Source: an uncultured Acidobacteriaceae bacterium (GTDB lineage: Bacteria > Acidobacteriota > Terriglobia > Terriglobales > Acidobacteriaceae). From it: 64,000 nucleotides of DNA. The translations under genes were made by a program, and so were the position numbers. Shown here piece after piece: positions 18,982 to 29,518 of this stretch (the first letter of the stretch is position 1; each line of letters begins with the position of its first letter). The DNA is taken from assembly GCA_963819145.1 (NCBI GenBank), contig CAWFVB010000011.1, positions 55,234 to 119,233 of the forward strand. The letters run 5' to 3'. A model generated the notes under the pieces. The model was not told where the DNA came from. It did not search any database and was given only the letters and a program-made list of their open reading frames with translations.

Positions 18982-19434
18982 CTACTCGGCGGCAAAACCG
19001 GAGGTCCCGATCCAGGACTGGGCGAGGAACTGCAGGTTCTTTCTGTAGGTGCGGGTAACCATGTACTCCTTCCCCTGAACGCGGAGCACGTACTCGCCCG
19101 CCACTGGTTTGATCTCTTCGACCCAAGCCGCATTCACCACGACGGAGCGGTGAATCCGGACAAACCCGTGACCATTGAGCTTCTGTTCCATCGTGGAGAG
19201 GGACTCGCGCAACCGGTGCGAGCTTGAAACCTGATAGAGGGCAACATAGTTTCCTTTGGCTTCGACCGCGATCACTTCCGCGGGATCGATCAACAGGATT
19301 CTCCCCTGGGATTTGATGGCGATCCGCGCAGAGGCTGGCCTGCCGAGCGTGGCGGAAGGTGACCACATGGCGATGCGGTTTCCGCCGCGGCTGCTGTCAC
19401 GGTTTTCAGTGTTGTTGTTGCGTCCCAGGTCCAT
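18982..19434 (-). CDS. Stand-alone LytTR DNA-binding domain protein (no receiver domain)
   Basis: LytTR signature ILLIDPAEVIAVEAKGNYVALYQ...FVRIHRSVVVN. Start taken at ATG 19434 (alternative 19365). The tracked ORF extends to 19473. Confidence 0.75.
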   Translation of the reverse strand: MDLGRNNNTENRDSSRGGNRIAMWSPSATLGRPASARIAIKSQGRILLIDPAEVIAVEAKGNYVALYQVSSSHRLRESLSTMEQKLNGHGFVRIHRSVVVNAAWVEEIKPVAGEYVLRVQGKEYMVTRTYRKNLQFLAQSWIGTSGFAAE

Positions 19435-19541
19435 CACAACCCTCACGGCCGTCAATCGGCAACACCAGTTCATACCCGAAAGTGGTCAGACACAATACCC
19501 ACTTGACGGGATTTGGACATAGCCATTATGATCCGCTCGAA

Positions 19542-21025
19542 ATGAAAAGAGTGGCCTCCGGCATTCTCCCCGTGATTGCGGTCGACCGGCAGGCCCCGAA
19601 ACCCCTGCACCGGCAGATTTACGACGGCTATCGCACGGCCATTGTGGAGGGCAGCCTGCGCCCGGGGCAGCGAATTCCCTCGACTCGGGTCCTGGCGTCC
19701 GAGCTGAGCGTTTCACGGTTTCCTGTTCTGAACGCTTACGCGCAACTCCTGGCGGAGGGGTACTTCGAGAGTCGGGTGGGAGCGGGAACGGTCGTCTCAA
19801 ATTCCCTGCCCGACCAGTTCACGTCGAGTCCACTCGCGCCTCCCGCTCGGCTTACGGCAACTCGCTCCGGACCCCGACCCATAGCCCAGCGAACTTCCGT
19901 ACTCCCTCTCTTCGAGAAGGCCCCGTGGCTGGGAGGATGGGGAGCGTTTGGAGTGGGGCAAGTGGCGTTCGATCACTTTCCATTGCACGTCTGGACCGTC
20001 TGATCTCTCGCTGCAGCCGAAGAATGAACGCCCAGTCATGCCATTACGGCGACCAGGCGGGTGACCACGCTCTCCGGGAAACGATCGCAGGCTATTTAAG
20101 AACGGCGCGATCGCTCCATTGTGAGGCGGAGCAAATCATGATTGTCAGCGGTTCCCAGCAGGCGCTGGAGCTCTCGGCTCGCGTTCTGCTCGACCCGGGA
20201 AGTCATGTGTGGATGGAAGAGCCGGGGTACCGGCTGGCAAGAGTTGTCTTTGCCTTGAATGGGTGCCGGCTCGTGCCGGTTCCGGTAGACGAGGAAGGCA
20301 TGAACATAGGCGCCGGGATCAAGCGTTATCGGAATGCCCGGGCCGCGTTTGTCACGCCGTCTCATCAATTTCCACTCGGCGCAACTCTGAGCGCGTCGCG
20401 GCGCTTCCAACTGCTCGATTGGGCGCAGAGCTCGGGGTCGTGGATCATCGAAGATGATTACGACAGCGAGTACCGCTATGAAAGCTCGCCGATCGCCTCC
20501 TTGCAGGGTCTCGACGCCAACGGCCGCGTGATCTACGTTGGAACTTTCAGCAAGGTGCTGTTTCCATCTCTGCGTCTAGGGTACCTTGTCGTTCCCCGAG
20601 ATCTGCTTGACCGTTTTCTATCGGTGCGACGGGCCATGGACCTGGGCCCGCCGGCCTTCCATCAGGAAGTGCTCGCGAACTTTATTGGCGAAGGGCACTT
20701 TGCGCGCCACATTCGTAGAATGCGGGTTCTCTATCACGAGCGCAGGAGCGCTCTGGCAGCGAGCATCCGCAAGGAGTTCGGCGACATGGTCGAAGTGCAC
20801 GGGAGTGAAGCAGGCATGCATCTCACGATCACGTTGCAAAAGGGAGGAAACGACATGGAAATCGCCAAACGCGCCGCCCGACAGAACGTCTGGATATGGC
20901 CTCTCTCATTTTTTTACATGGGGGAAGCGCCGCGACAGGGCTTCATCCTGGGCTTTGGCAGTACCCCGACAGAGGAAATTCCCCGGGCCCTCCACAAGCT
21001 GCGCAACTTGATCCTTGGAAAATGA
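19542..21025 (+). pseudogene. MocR/PdxR-family regulator (GntR wHTH fused to a PLP aminotransferase-like domain), frame break near 19995
   Basis: The N-terminal wHTH (PLHRQIYDGYRTAIVEGSLRPGQRIPSTRVLASELSVSRFPVLNAYAQL) is in ORF 19359..20003. The AAT-like domain (GDQAGDHALRE..., FSKVLFPSLRLGY) is in ORF 19925..21025. The junction FPLHVW|RLISR is interrupted at tgg-ac-cgt. Confidence 0.8.
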
Positions 21026-21046
21026 ACGCTGAAGACCCACTGAAGT

Positions 21047-21892
21047 TCAGCTTGTTGGCTTCCGCAGCGCAGCTCCCAGCAGTCTGCCAGGGCCGCCTTC
21101 TTGCACAAAAGCAATGAGCCTGATGTTCTTCGGGTCCGTCCCGGGCTTGAGTTTCAGCTGAACATCCTCTGCGAAGGTCTTCCCCTTCGGCAGCTTTCCT
21201 ATCTTTGTGAGCTGCTGCACGACCGCGACGTGGGTCAGGCGCCGGCCACCATTTTCTCCGTGCAAAACCTGCGACTCGACATGATCGAGAGCGACCGCTA
21301 CGAACACGTCGGCATTGTGTTTTTCGAGATTGGTATCGGTATCAATGTGCGCTCGCAGCACGGTCGGATCGCCGGCATCCACGCTCACATCGCCGATGCG
21401 CACGGCAACTTTCGGTGCGGCTGCCGCACTCCGAAGAACCTTCTGAATCTGCTGCGGATCGTTGACATGAACTTCGGTGGTTCCGTCCACAATGAGTTGG
21501 GGTGTGTACGGAGTACTGAGTCCAAGATTGCGTACATAGGCACTCTGGCGTTCGGTTAGCTGCGACGAGGAGTTTGGGTCTTTCCAGCCGTCATGGTCCC
21601 AGTAATCCACGTGCTCGCTCAGAACAATGAGTTGGGCGCCCGGAATGGGCTGGTAGGTATCGAGTTTCTGCACGAGCCCGTCTGCCGGAGGACAGCTGGA
21701 GCACCCTTCCGAAGTGAACAACTCGATTAGAACGGGATGAGTTTCGGTGCTTGAGGTTTCAACCTTCGCGGCTTGACCTTCAGTTTGCCGGCCCCGCCCC
21801 CCGGCCGCAGGCTGCGGCTGGAGGAATAACAGGCCGCAGAACGAGCCCACACACAACAGCAATGACGCGAAGCTGCGTCGAGACATGAACAT
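21047..21892 (-). CDS. Secreted DUF1223 (thioredoxin-fold) protein
   Basis: 281 aa. Signal peptide and the DUF1223 hallmark ELFTSEGCSSCPPAD. Confidence 0.85.
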   Translation of the reverse strand: MFMSRRSFASLLLCVGSFCGLLFLQPQPAAGGRGRQTEGQAAKVETSSTETHPVLIELFTSEGCSSCPPADGLVQKLDTYQPIPGAQLIVLSEHVDYWDHDGWKDPNSSSQLTERQSAYVRNLGLSTPYTPQLIVDGTTEVHVNDPQQIQKVLRSAAAAPKVAVRIGDVSVDAGDPTVLRAHIDTDTNLEKHNADVFVAVALDHVESQVLHGENGGRRLTHVAVVQQLTKIGKLPKGKTFAEDVQLKLKPGTDPKNIRLIAFVQEGGPGRLLGAALRKPTS

Positions 21893-22022
21893 ATTATTGG
21901 ACCAGAACTATCGCGATGGCAATAGCCACTTTCGCCGAGTCGTGCTGACCACGCTCAGCTGTTCATGTCGTTGCCGCTTGCGAACTATCGAATGAGGAAT
22001 TGATAATGCAGAGAGGAACCTT

Positions 22023-22493
22023 ATGACTCGGACTTTGATGTACGGCAAACTCCTCGTTCCCCTTGCGCTAGCCTTGATTGCGATGGCCTCCATTGCCTCT
22101 GCACAAGCGAGCCTTATACCGTCGTCGCGACTGATCAACCCTGAAGATCTGGTCAAGCTTCTACAGTCTGCGAAGGGCGAGAAACCGGTGATGATTCAAG
22201 TTGGCTCCCACGTACTTTACTCGCAGGCTCATGTTCCAGGATCAGAGTATATCGGCCCTGCTCCCAGCGAAGGCGGGCTGCAGCAGTTGCGGAAACGTGT
22301 CGAGTCTCTGCCTCGAGGGAAGTTCATCGTTCTTTATTGTGGATGCTGCCCGTGGAATCACTGCCCCAACGTGAAACCCGCCGACGATGCCTTGCACGCG
22401 ATGGGCTTCACAAATGTGAAGGTTCTTTATATCGCCAACAACTTCGGTGCAGACTGGGTGGACAAGGGCTTTCCCACTGCGAAGGGTGACTAG
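22023..22493 (+). CDS. Periplasmic rhodanese-like protein with a Cys-rich active-site loop
   Basis: 156 aa. Signal peptide. Rhodanese-like C-terminal pattern IVLYCGCCPWNHCPNV...GFTNVKVLY...W...GFP. Confidence 0.6.
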   Translation: MTRTLMYGKLLVPLALALIAMASIASAQASLIPSSRLINPEDLVKLLQSAKGEKPVMIQVGSHVLYSQAHVPGSEYIGPAPSEGGLQQLRKRVESLPRGKFIVLYCGCCPWNHCPNVKPADDALHAMGFTNVKVLYIANNFGADWVDKGFPTAKGD

Positions 22494-22522
22494 AGGCGGA
22501 GCGTTCTGTTGCGGATCATCTT

Positions 22523-23059
22523 GTGAACAAGAACCTGCTCATTGGGATCGTGACCGTTGCGGTCGCCGTCGGAGTTTATTGCCTTGCACGTGCCCCCGGG
22601 ACCGGGCACCGGCGTGCAGGTTCCGCAGAGCATGCTCTCGCTCCTAATTTTTCGCTGCCCAACTTGGATAACACCCAACTCGACCTCTCCAGTTACCGGG
22701 GCAAGATCGTTCTACTGAATTTTTGGGCGACGTGGTGTGTTCCGTGCCGCGAGGAAATCCCGCATTTTGTGGAATTGCAAAATAAGTACCGCGATCAGGG
22801 TCTCCAGATCATTGGCGTCTCGATGGACGATGGGCCCGAGCCAGTGCGAGATTTCTCCCAGCGCTTCAAGATGAACTATCCGGTTGTGATGGGTAACGCC
22901 AACATCGGCGAACTCTACGGAGGAGTGCTGGGCTTACCCATTGCATTTGTCATCGGGCGCGATGGTCGCATTTACTCCAAGCACGTCGGCGCGACTGACA
23001 TCGCAACCTTCGAACATGAACTCGTGAGACTGCTGCAGAACCAGAAGCAGAACGGCTGA
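22523..23059 (+). CDS. TlpA/ResA-family thiol:disulfide oxidoreductase (redoxin)
   Basis: 178 aa. Membrane anchor and FWATWCVPCREEIP (CxxC) thioredoxin-fold motif. Confidence 0.9.
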   Translation: MNKNLLIGIVTVAVAVGVYCLARAPGTGHRRAGSAEHALAPNFSLPNLDNTQLDLSSYRGKIVLLNFWATWCVPCREEIPHFVELQNKYRDQGLQIIGVSMDDGPEPVRDFSQRFKMNYPVVMGNANIGELYGGVLGLPIAFVIGRDGRIYSKHVGATDIATFEHELVRLLQNQKQNG

Positions 23060-23115
23060 TCGCCGCGTGCGCTGCTATCCTAGCTGTGCGATTCCCGGAT
23101 CCGTTCGTCGGGATC

Positions 23116-24775
23116 ATGTTGGAGGATCACGTGCCATTGAAGCGCGAAGCCGGTTGGTACAAAGACGCGATCATTTACCAGATCCATGTCCGCGCTTTCT
23201 CTGACAGCAACGGCGATGGCATCGGCGATTTTCAGGGTCTCGCCCAGAAGCTGGATTACGTGCAGGAGCTGGGCGTCAACGCAATCTGGCTGATGCCCTT
23301 TTTCCCCTCGCCTTTGCGCGACGACGGTTACGACATCTCCGATTACAGAGCGGTTCATCCCAAGCTACGGAACGCTGGAAGATTTCAAGACATTCCTCGC
23401 GGATGCGCATGACCGCGGCATCCGCGTGATCATCGAGATGGTCGCGAACCACACTTCCGACCAGCATCCCTGGTTCCAGGAAGTCGCGGAGCTCGCAAGA
23501 CAATCCCAAGCGCGACTGGTATGTGTGGAGCGACACCGATGCCAAATATCGCGGAACCCGAATCATTTTCCTCGATACCGAAATGTCGAACTGGGCCTGG
23601 GATCCGATTTCCAAGTCCTACTACTGGCATCGCTTCTTCAGCCACCAGCCGGATCTGAATTACGACAATCCCGCGGTGCGCGAAGAGATGTGGAACGTCA
23701 TGACAGTTCTGGCTGGAACTCGGAGTCGACGGCTTCCGGCTGGATGCCGTGCCGTACCTGATCGAGCGCGAGGGGACTTCCTGCGAGAACCTGCCCGAGA
23801 CTCACGAGGTGATCCGGGAACTGCGCAAGAAAGTCGACGAGCAATTCCCGGGCACGATGCTGCTGGCGGAAGCCAACCAGTGGCCGGCCGATCTTCGTCC
23901 GTACTTCGGCGAATGGCGATGAATTCCACATGGCGTTCAATTTTCCCCTGATGCCGCGAATGTTCATGGGACTGCGGCTGGAGGACCGCAAGCCGATCAC
24001 CGAAATTCTGCAGCAGACGCCTGAGATTCCCGCCTCCTGCCAGTGGTGCCTCTTTCTGCGCAACCATGACGAGTTGACGCTGGAGATGGTCACCGATATC
24101 GAGCGCGATTACATGTATGACAACTACGCCCGCGACAAGACGATGCGGCTGAATCTCGGCATCCGCCGGCGCCTGGCTCCGCTGCTCGACAACGATCGGC
24201 GGCGAATCGAATTGATGAACGGCATGCTGATGTCGCTGCCCGGCACTCCCATCATCTATTACGGAGACGAGATCGGCATGGGCGACAACATTCATCTGGG
24301 AGATCGCAACGGAGTGCGAACTCCGATGCAGTGGAGCGGCGGCTGGAATGGAGGCTTTTCTACGGCCGATCCGGAAAGTCTCTATTCGCCGCCGATTCTC
24401 AACCCCGTTTATGGATACCAGGCGGTGAACGTGTTATCGCAAAAGCGCACCGAACATTCTTTGCTCTCCTGGATGAAGCACATCATGCGGATTCGCCGTT
24501 CCACTCCGGTCTTCGGCTCGGGCTCGATCGAATTTCTGTACCCGGCGAATCACCGCGTGCTGGCCTATATCCGGCAATTGGGCAAGGAGACGGTTCTGGT
24601 GGTCAACAATCTCTCCAGCGCCGCGCAAGCGGTCGAACTGGATCTGCGCCGCTACAAAGGAAATATTCTGATTGAGATGTTTGGCAGGAATATTTTTCCG
24701 CGCATCGGCGATCTGCCTTACCTTTTGACCATGGGTCCTTACCAGTTTTACTGGTTCCGGCTGCGACGGATCTGA
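23116..24775 (+). pseudogene. treS: Trehalose synthase / maltose alpha-D-glucosyltransferase (GH13), four +1 frame breaks
   Basis: Continuous TreS sequence across ORFs 23086.., 23426.., 23523.., an untracked frame ([33 protein letters not shown]) and 23930..24775. GH13 motifs are present: [26 protein letters not shown]. Breaks lie near 23365, 23483, 23706 and 23914. Length is 1660 = 3n+4. Confidence 0.85.
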
Positions 24776-24886
24776 AAATCAGGTGGCGGGTTTCAGGTGG
24801 TGGGTGATGGGTCAGGGAGTTTGCCACATCGCGAGATTCTCCTAACCCTAAGACCTGCTCCCTTATGACCGGCCTCGGAGGGTGAA

Positions 24887-26161
24887 TTGGCGGAAGAGAC
24901 GCTTTTGACCGATGACTTTCTTCGCCAGCTCATCAACGTTGGCGAGGTGGACATCGTCGTAGGCCTGCCCACCCATAACAATGCCAAAACCATCGAGTCC
25001 GTCCTCCGGGCGATTCAGGCCGGCATTCTCAAGTGTTTTCCGCGCGAACGAGCGGTAATCATCAATGCCGATGGCGGATCGCAGGACGGAACTCCGGAAC
25101 TGGTAATGGGCGCCTCGATCGACGACGTGTGGAAAGCGTCCAAAGTGTATGCGCTGCGCACTCTTGCACTCCATCAGCACCCAGCTATGCGCGCACTCCC
25201 GAGCCTGGAACTGCGCTGCGCACGATTCTGGCCGCCGCCGACCTGCTGCGCGCCAAGGCGTGCGTAGTGGTTTCACCCGATTCCACGACCATAGAACCCG
25301 ACTGGCTTCAGCGGCTGGTCCGCCCGATCTACAGTGACAACTTTGATCTGGTTGCGCCCATCTATCGCCGGCAGAAATTCGAAGGCGTGCTCATGCGAAA
25401 TCTGCTGTACCCCATGACGCGCGCGATCTACGGTTTTCGGGTCCGCGAGCCCTACGCCTCGGAATTCGCCGTCTCCGGCCGCCTTGCCACCGATTTTCTG
25501 GCTCCAACGAAGTCTGGAACGACGAGTGGGGCAAGACCGGCGCCGAAACCTACCTCACGATCACGGCCATGACGGGCAAATACCGTCGTGTGCCAGTCTT
25601 TCCTCGGGGACTAAGGCTCAACCGAGTCGGAGTGCCAGCGATCTGGTTGCGGCCATGCGCCGGACGGTGGGCGCTCTGTTCTCGTCCCTGGATAGGAATT
25701 TTCCGCAGTGGAGTACGATCGCGGGCTCTCAGCCTGTGCCGACTTTAGGCGAGCAATCAGAAGCCATGCCGGAGCCGGCGCGTGTCGACCGCAAACGTCT
25801 GCGGGAGATGTTCGCCACCGGCGTCGCCGAATTGGAACCTGTTTTCCGCTCGATTCTCTCAGCGTCGACCCTGGCCGAACTGCAAAGAATCGCGACGCTC
25901 GAATTCGGCGCTTTCAATTACCCCGCCGACCTGTGGGCCAAAACGGTGTTTGAGTTTGCGGCTTCTTATCACAAATCCGTCATCAATCGTGACCACATCG
26001 TCCAGGCCCTGGTTCCTCTGTATCGCGGAAGGACTTTGGCTTTTCTCCTGGAAAATCGCGATGATTCCGGGCGAAACATCGAGAGAAATGTGGAATCTCT
26101 ATGTGGCGAGTTCGAGCGACTGAAGCCATACCTGCTCGAAGTTTGGGCTGACAGAAAGTGA
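24887..26161 (+). pseudogene. GT-A-fold glycosyltransferase (glucosylglycerate-synthase-like family), multiply frameshifted
   Basis: The N-terminus LTDDFLRQLINVGEVDIVVGLPTHNNAKTIESVLRAIQAG...INADGGSQDGT is typical of GT-A. The sequence continues through ORFs 25149.., 25033.., an untracked frame (VWNDEWGKTGAETYLTITAMTGKY) and 25484..26161. About six +1 shifts. The family assignment is tentative. Confidence 0.55.
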
Positions 26162-26168
26162 GGCGCTT

Positions 26169-26855
26169 ATGCGGGAAATCATCATCACCGAACTGACCCA
26201 AGCCTTGCAGGAACTGGCCAGAGGCTTTGCACACTACCTGCCGCGAATGGCTGTGATGTTAATCATCGCTTTCGTTGGATGGATCATCGCCTACGTGTTG
26301 AAGGTGGTGGTGCGGAGCATCCTGCGCCTGACAAAGTTTTCCAAACTCTCGGAAAACGCAGGCGCCACCCAACTTCTGAACCAGGCGGCACTTGCCGTCC
26401 TCCACGGAATTGTTGAGCCGGTTTGTTTTTTGGGTGGCTTGGGTCGGGTTCATTCTTCTGGGCGTGAGCGTACTTGGGATCGTCGGGTTGCAGGAATACA
26501 TCTCGCGGTTCTTTCTCTTCCTGCCTCGGTTGTTCGTGGCACTGGTGATTCTTTTCTTGGATCTTTAGCGGCCAGCTTCTTCTCGCGCGCGGCCCTGCTG
26601 GCAGCGGTCAATGCAAACTTCCGGTCTTCGCGACTGCTGAGTGTCTCCATCCGGGTCATCATCAGTATCTTCGCCCTGTCCATGATGTTCGAAGTGCTGG
26701 GCGTCGGGGAAGAGACGATGATGATCGCGTTCGGGACTGCATTTGGGGCGGTGATGCTCGGTTTGGCGCTCGCCTTCGGCATCGGAGGCAAGGATCTGGC
26801 GCGCGAGTTCCTGGAGAAAGCGGCTCGCAGGGAAAAAGGAAGAGAAGGAGGATGA
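26169..26855 (+). pseudogene. Conserved TM-helix-repeat membrane protein (mechanosensitive-channel-associated TM_helix type), internal frame detour
   Basis: The tracked 228-aa ORF is non-membrane-like in the middle. The alternative frame between about 26395 and 26560 reads PSSTELLSRFVFWVAWVGFILLGVSVLGIVGLQEYISRFFLFLPRLFVALVILFL, restoring helices. Confidence 0.5.
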
Positions 26856-26917
26856 GTTGTCGCCTTTATAGAGACACACTTTTATCGCTGTCCCGCGACC
26901 ACCGGGTTGATCGCAGC

Positions 26918-28495
26918 CTAGCCGCTACCGAGCGCGCTTCTAACTTTGCGGGCCAGAGCGGTGTAATCAACTTTCGCGTTATGACGCTTGTCGACCGGAA
27001 CATGGTCCAGGCGGACCACTTCATCCAGTTGCGCCCAGGTAAGAGAACTCCGTATCGCCTCGAGCGAGACAGCCCCTTCGGCCTCAATCGCGAGTACACG
27101 GCGCCCGTCGATCGCGGCCAAGGCGGCTCGCCGAATCGCGGGAGTCTGCATCGCCGCGCACTCCACTGCGAAGGGATACAGTGTGCCTCGCGCGTCCCCG
27201 ATTTTTCCGTTGCACCGGCCGAGCAGCCAAAGCCGGCCGGCCGAGTCCATGTAGCCCAGGTCGCCAGTCCGATGCCAGCGTGTGCCTTCAACCCCGAACT
27301 TGGTCTCTGTGTCGCCTTCTCCATTGACGTAGCCGGACAGGACATGGCCACCGGAAACCACGATCTCACCCGGTGTCCCGCCCTCCACCACAAGGCGCTC
27401 GAACGACTGGGCACTCAGAGGCGGAATCGGTGCGCCCCATTGATCGCGAATAATGCGCAAAGTAAGCGAAGACACTGTCCGTCCCGCGAGAAGCCCCATA
27501 CCCTGCTCCATCGCATGGAAGTCATCCCTTGAGATGCTTGAGAGCGCAATCTCCGCCATGGGCTCGGCTTCGGTCGAGCCGTAGACAGCGGTGATTTCAG
27601 CTTGTGGGCAGTATGCCTTCGCCTTACGGAGAAGGCTCGGAAATACCGGAGCCCCGCCCACGTAGATTCTCGCGAGCTCGGAAATTGTGGTCCCGGTGCG
27701 CTCGCACTCGTCCAACAGTCGAGACAAGAGTGCTGGCGATGCTGCGGTCGTTTCTATATTGTGGCGGCGAATCTGCGCCAACACTGGCCCGGGAACGATC
27801 TGGCCAGGCAACTTCAGATCGGCGTCCGGCAGGACGCTCGTGACGCCCGAAGCCAGGTTCGCGAGCACAAAAACTGGCAGGGTGGTCAGGTCTGTCCGGC
27901 CCGGTTGCAGCGCAAGACTGGCCTCGAGCGCTCGATGTTGCGCCAGCAAGAAGCCGTGCGTGCGCAACGCGGCTTTCGGTTGCCCAGTACTGCCGCTTGT
28001 GAAGGTGACCAGGGCAGGCGCCTCCGCAGGGAGCGGGACAATCTCCAATGCAGGAGTCGATTTTGTGCGCAATCGCAGTCGTTGCGTTCCAGGAAACCAC
28101 TCCGAGCAAAACGCTTTGGGAAGCCGACGGAGCGCTGGTATTGTCCAGCGCAATAGCTGCGCGCGTTGGCTACCGAAGAAGGCCGCCGGTGGAAAAATCT
28201 TGCAGCAGCGTTCCACATTCTCCCGCCCGGCGGAGGGATCGAGGAAAATTGCGATACACCCCAGGCGGAACAACGCAACCAGAACCAGGTAGAGCTCCGC
28301 GGATACTGGATGCAGCAGAAGAACACCGTCGCCCGGCTTGAGATTCGCGGCCCTGAGCTGATCTGCGACATCCGCGGTCGCGTTCTCGAATTCGCGGAAA
28401 CTAAAGGAGCGGTCACGACCGCGACGAACATCGACAATTGCCGCATTGTCGCCAAGTTCCGCCGCGCGCTGCAACAGGATCTCGGCGATATTCAC
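26918..28495 (-). CDS. AMP-dependent synthetase/ligase (adenylate-forming enzyme, acyl-CoA-synthetase-like)
   Basis: C-terminal 525 aa of the tracked 857-aa ORF, from GTG at 28495 (VNIAEILLQRAAELGDNAAIVD). Contains the AMP-binding core TFTSGSTGQPKA, YGSTEAEP, WHRTGDLG and the terminal K (NAKVDY). See the finding on the hidden gene boundary. Confidence 0.8.
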   Translation of the reverse strand: MNIAEILLQRAAELGDNAAIVDVRRGRDRSFSFREFENATADVADQLRAANLKPGDGVLLLHPVSAELYLVLVALFRLGCIAIFLDPSAGRENVERCCKIFPPAAFFGSQRAQLLRWTIPALRRLPKAFCSEWFPGTQRLRLRTKSTPALEIVPLPAEAPALVTFTSGSTGQPKAALRTHGFLLAQHRALEASLALQPGRTDLTTLPVFVLANLASGVTSVLPDADLKLPGQIVPGPVLAQIRRHNIETTAASPALLSRLLDECERTGTTISELARIYVGGAPVFPSLLRKAKAYCPQAEITAVYGSTEAEPMAEIALSSISRDDFHAMEQGMGLLAGRTVSSLTLRIIRDQWGAPIPPLSAQSFERLVVEGGTPGEIVVSGGHVLSGYVNGEGDTETKFGVEGTRWHRTGDLGYMDSAGRLWLLGRCNGKIGDARGTLYPFAVECAAMQTPAIRRAALAAIDGRRVLAIEAEGAVSLEAIRSSLTWAQLDEVVRLDHVPVDKRHNAKVDYTALARKVRSALGSG

Positions 28496-29491
28496 TTTGC
28501 CAGATCCTTGGAATAGAGAGTGTATTTGCGCATCACGGTGGCAGAGTGGCGGCTGATATTGAGTGAGATGTTGTCTTCGAACATGAGCGCGTGAATGCAG
28601 CGGCGAAAGCCCATTCTTCAGACCAATTTGGTGCGCGCGCGCCACCAACAACGTTCCCAGACCTCGAATTTCCGGCTGTGGAAGAATGGAAACGGTCTTG
28701 ATGATAAACGTGTCCACCTCGACGCCGCGGGCCTTCTGCGCCAGGTCGGGGATAGCGAACAGGTAGCCAATACATTGCGCGGAGCGCTCGGCAATCAGCA
28801 CAAGTTCAGGGCGAGCCATAGGCAAAACAGGTTCGTACATTGCGACAAACTCAGTTTGAGGAATCTCGGTGTAGAGGAAATTCTGCTGGAATGACACCCG
28901 GCTTACCGCATAAATCGCCGGAAGGTCGCGCCTGAGGTCGGCATTCGCCATGCGAATCACAACTCCCGCCTCTCCAATCCTTGCTTCGACCGCATCTAAT
29001 CGCGGGTCTGGACGCGACAGATCTGCGTTCAGCGCCGAGAAATAGTTCGCCAGCGGCGAAAACCCCGATTCCTCAAATTGCCGCGGCCATTCCGAGGGAT
29101 TCGTTGGTTCAAGAAAAAACGGCGGCTCGTTTCCCCGCTGCGTGACGAAGCGGTAACTGCGCCAGGTGTTTCCATTCATGGGACCGATCGCCAGTGTGCA
29201 TCCTGCGGCGCGCAACCGATTCTCCGCCTCTGCCAAAACGGCGGACGCAGAGAAATCGTCTGCCGCGGCATAGTGTCCAATCACTCCGACACGGTGCTGT
29301 TGGTAGGATGGCGAGTGTTTCCACCACAGTGAACAACGGGCCTGTACGTCCCCGCCGTCGGAGAGGGCGCAGAGATGAATATCAGCGTGCTGCGTTTCGA
29401 AATCCGACGAATTGAAGCGTGGCAGAGTTGCAGCCTCCACCAAGCTGTCGATTTCGGAAGCTCTAGCGCAATGAACGACTCGCATCGTCAA
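28492..29491 (-). pseudogene. Tandem-GNAT-like N-acyltransferase, single +1 frame break near 28611
   Basis: N-terminal 290 aa of the 857-aa ORF up to ...RGLGTLLVARAHQIGLKNG. Shifting +1 at aatGGGctt gives GFRRCIHALMFEDNISLNISRHSATVMRKYTLYSKDLAK*, a canonical GNAT C-terminus. It ends at a TGA that overlaps the GTG of the ligase (GTGA). Confidence 0.7.
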
Positions 29492-29518
29492 GTATCCTGA
29501 CTGCCAGAGTTGCGAGCA

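Noticed and set aside
26918-29491. Natural GNAT / adenylation-domain fusion protein of 857 aa.
   Set aside because: The 40-residue linker in the tracked frame matches nothing. A +1 frame gives a canonical GNAT C-terminus ending in a TGA that overlaps a GTG start for the ligase. I therefore interpret it as two genes plus one inserted base.
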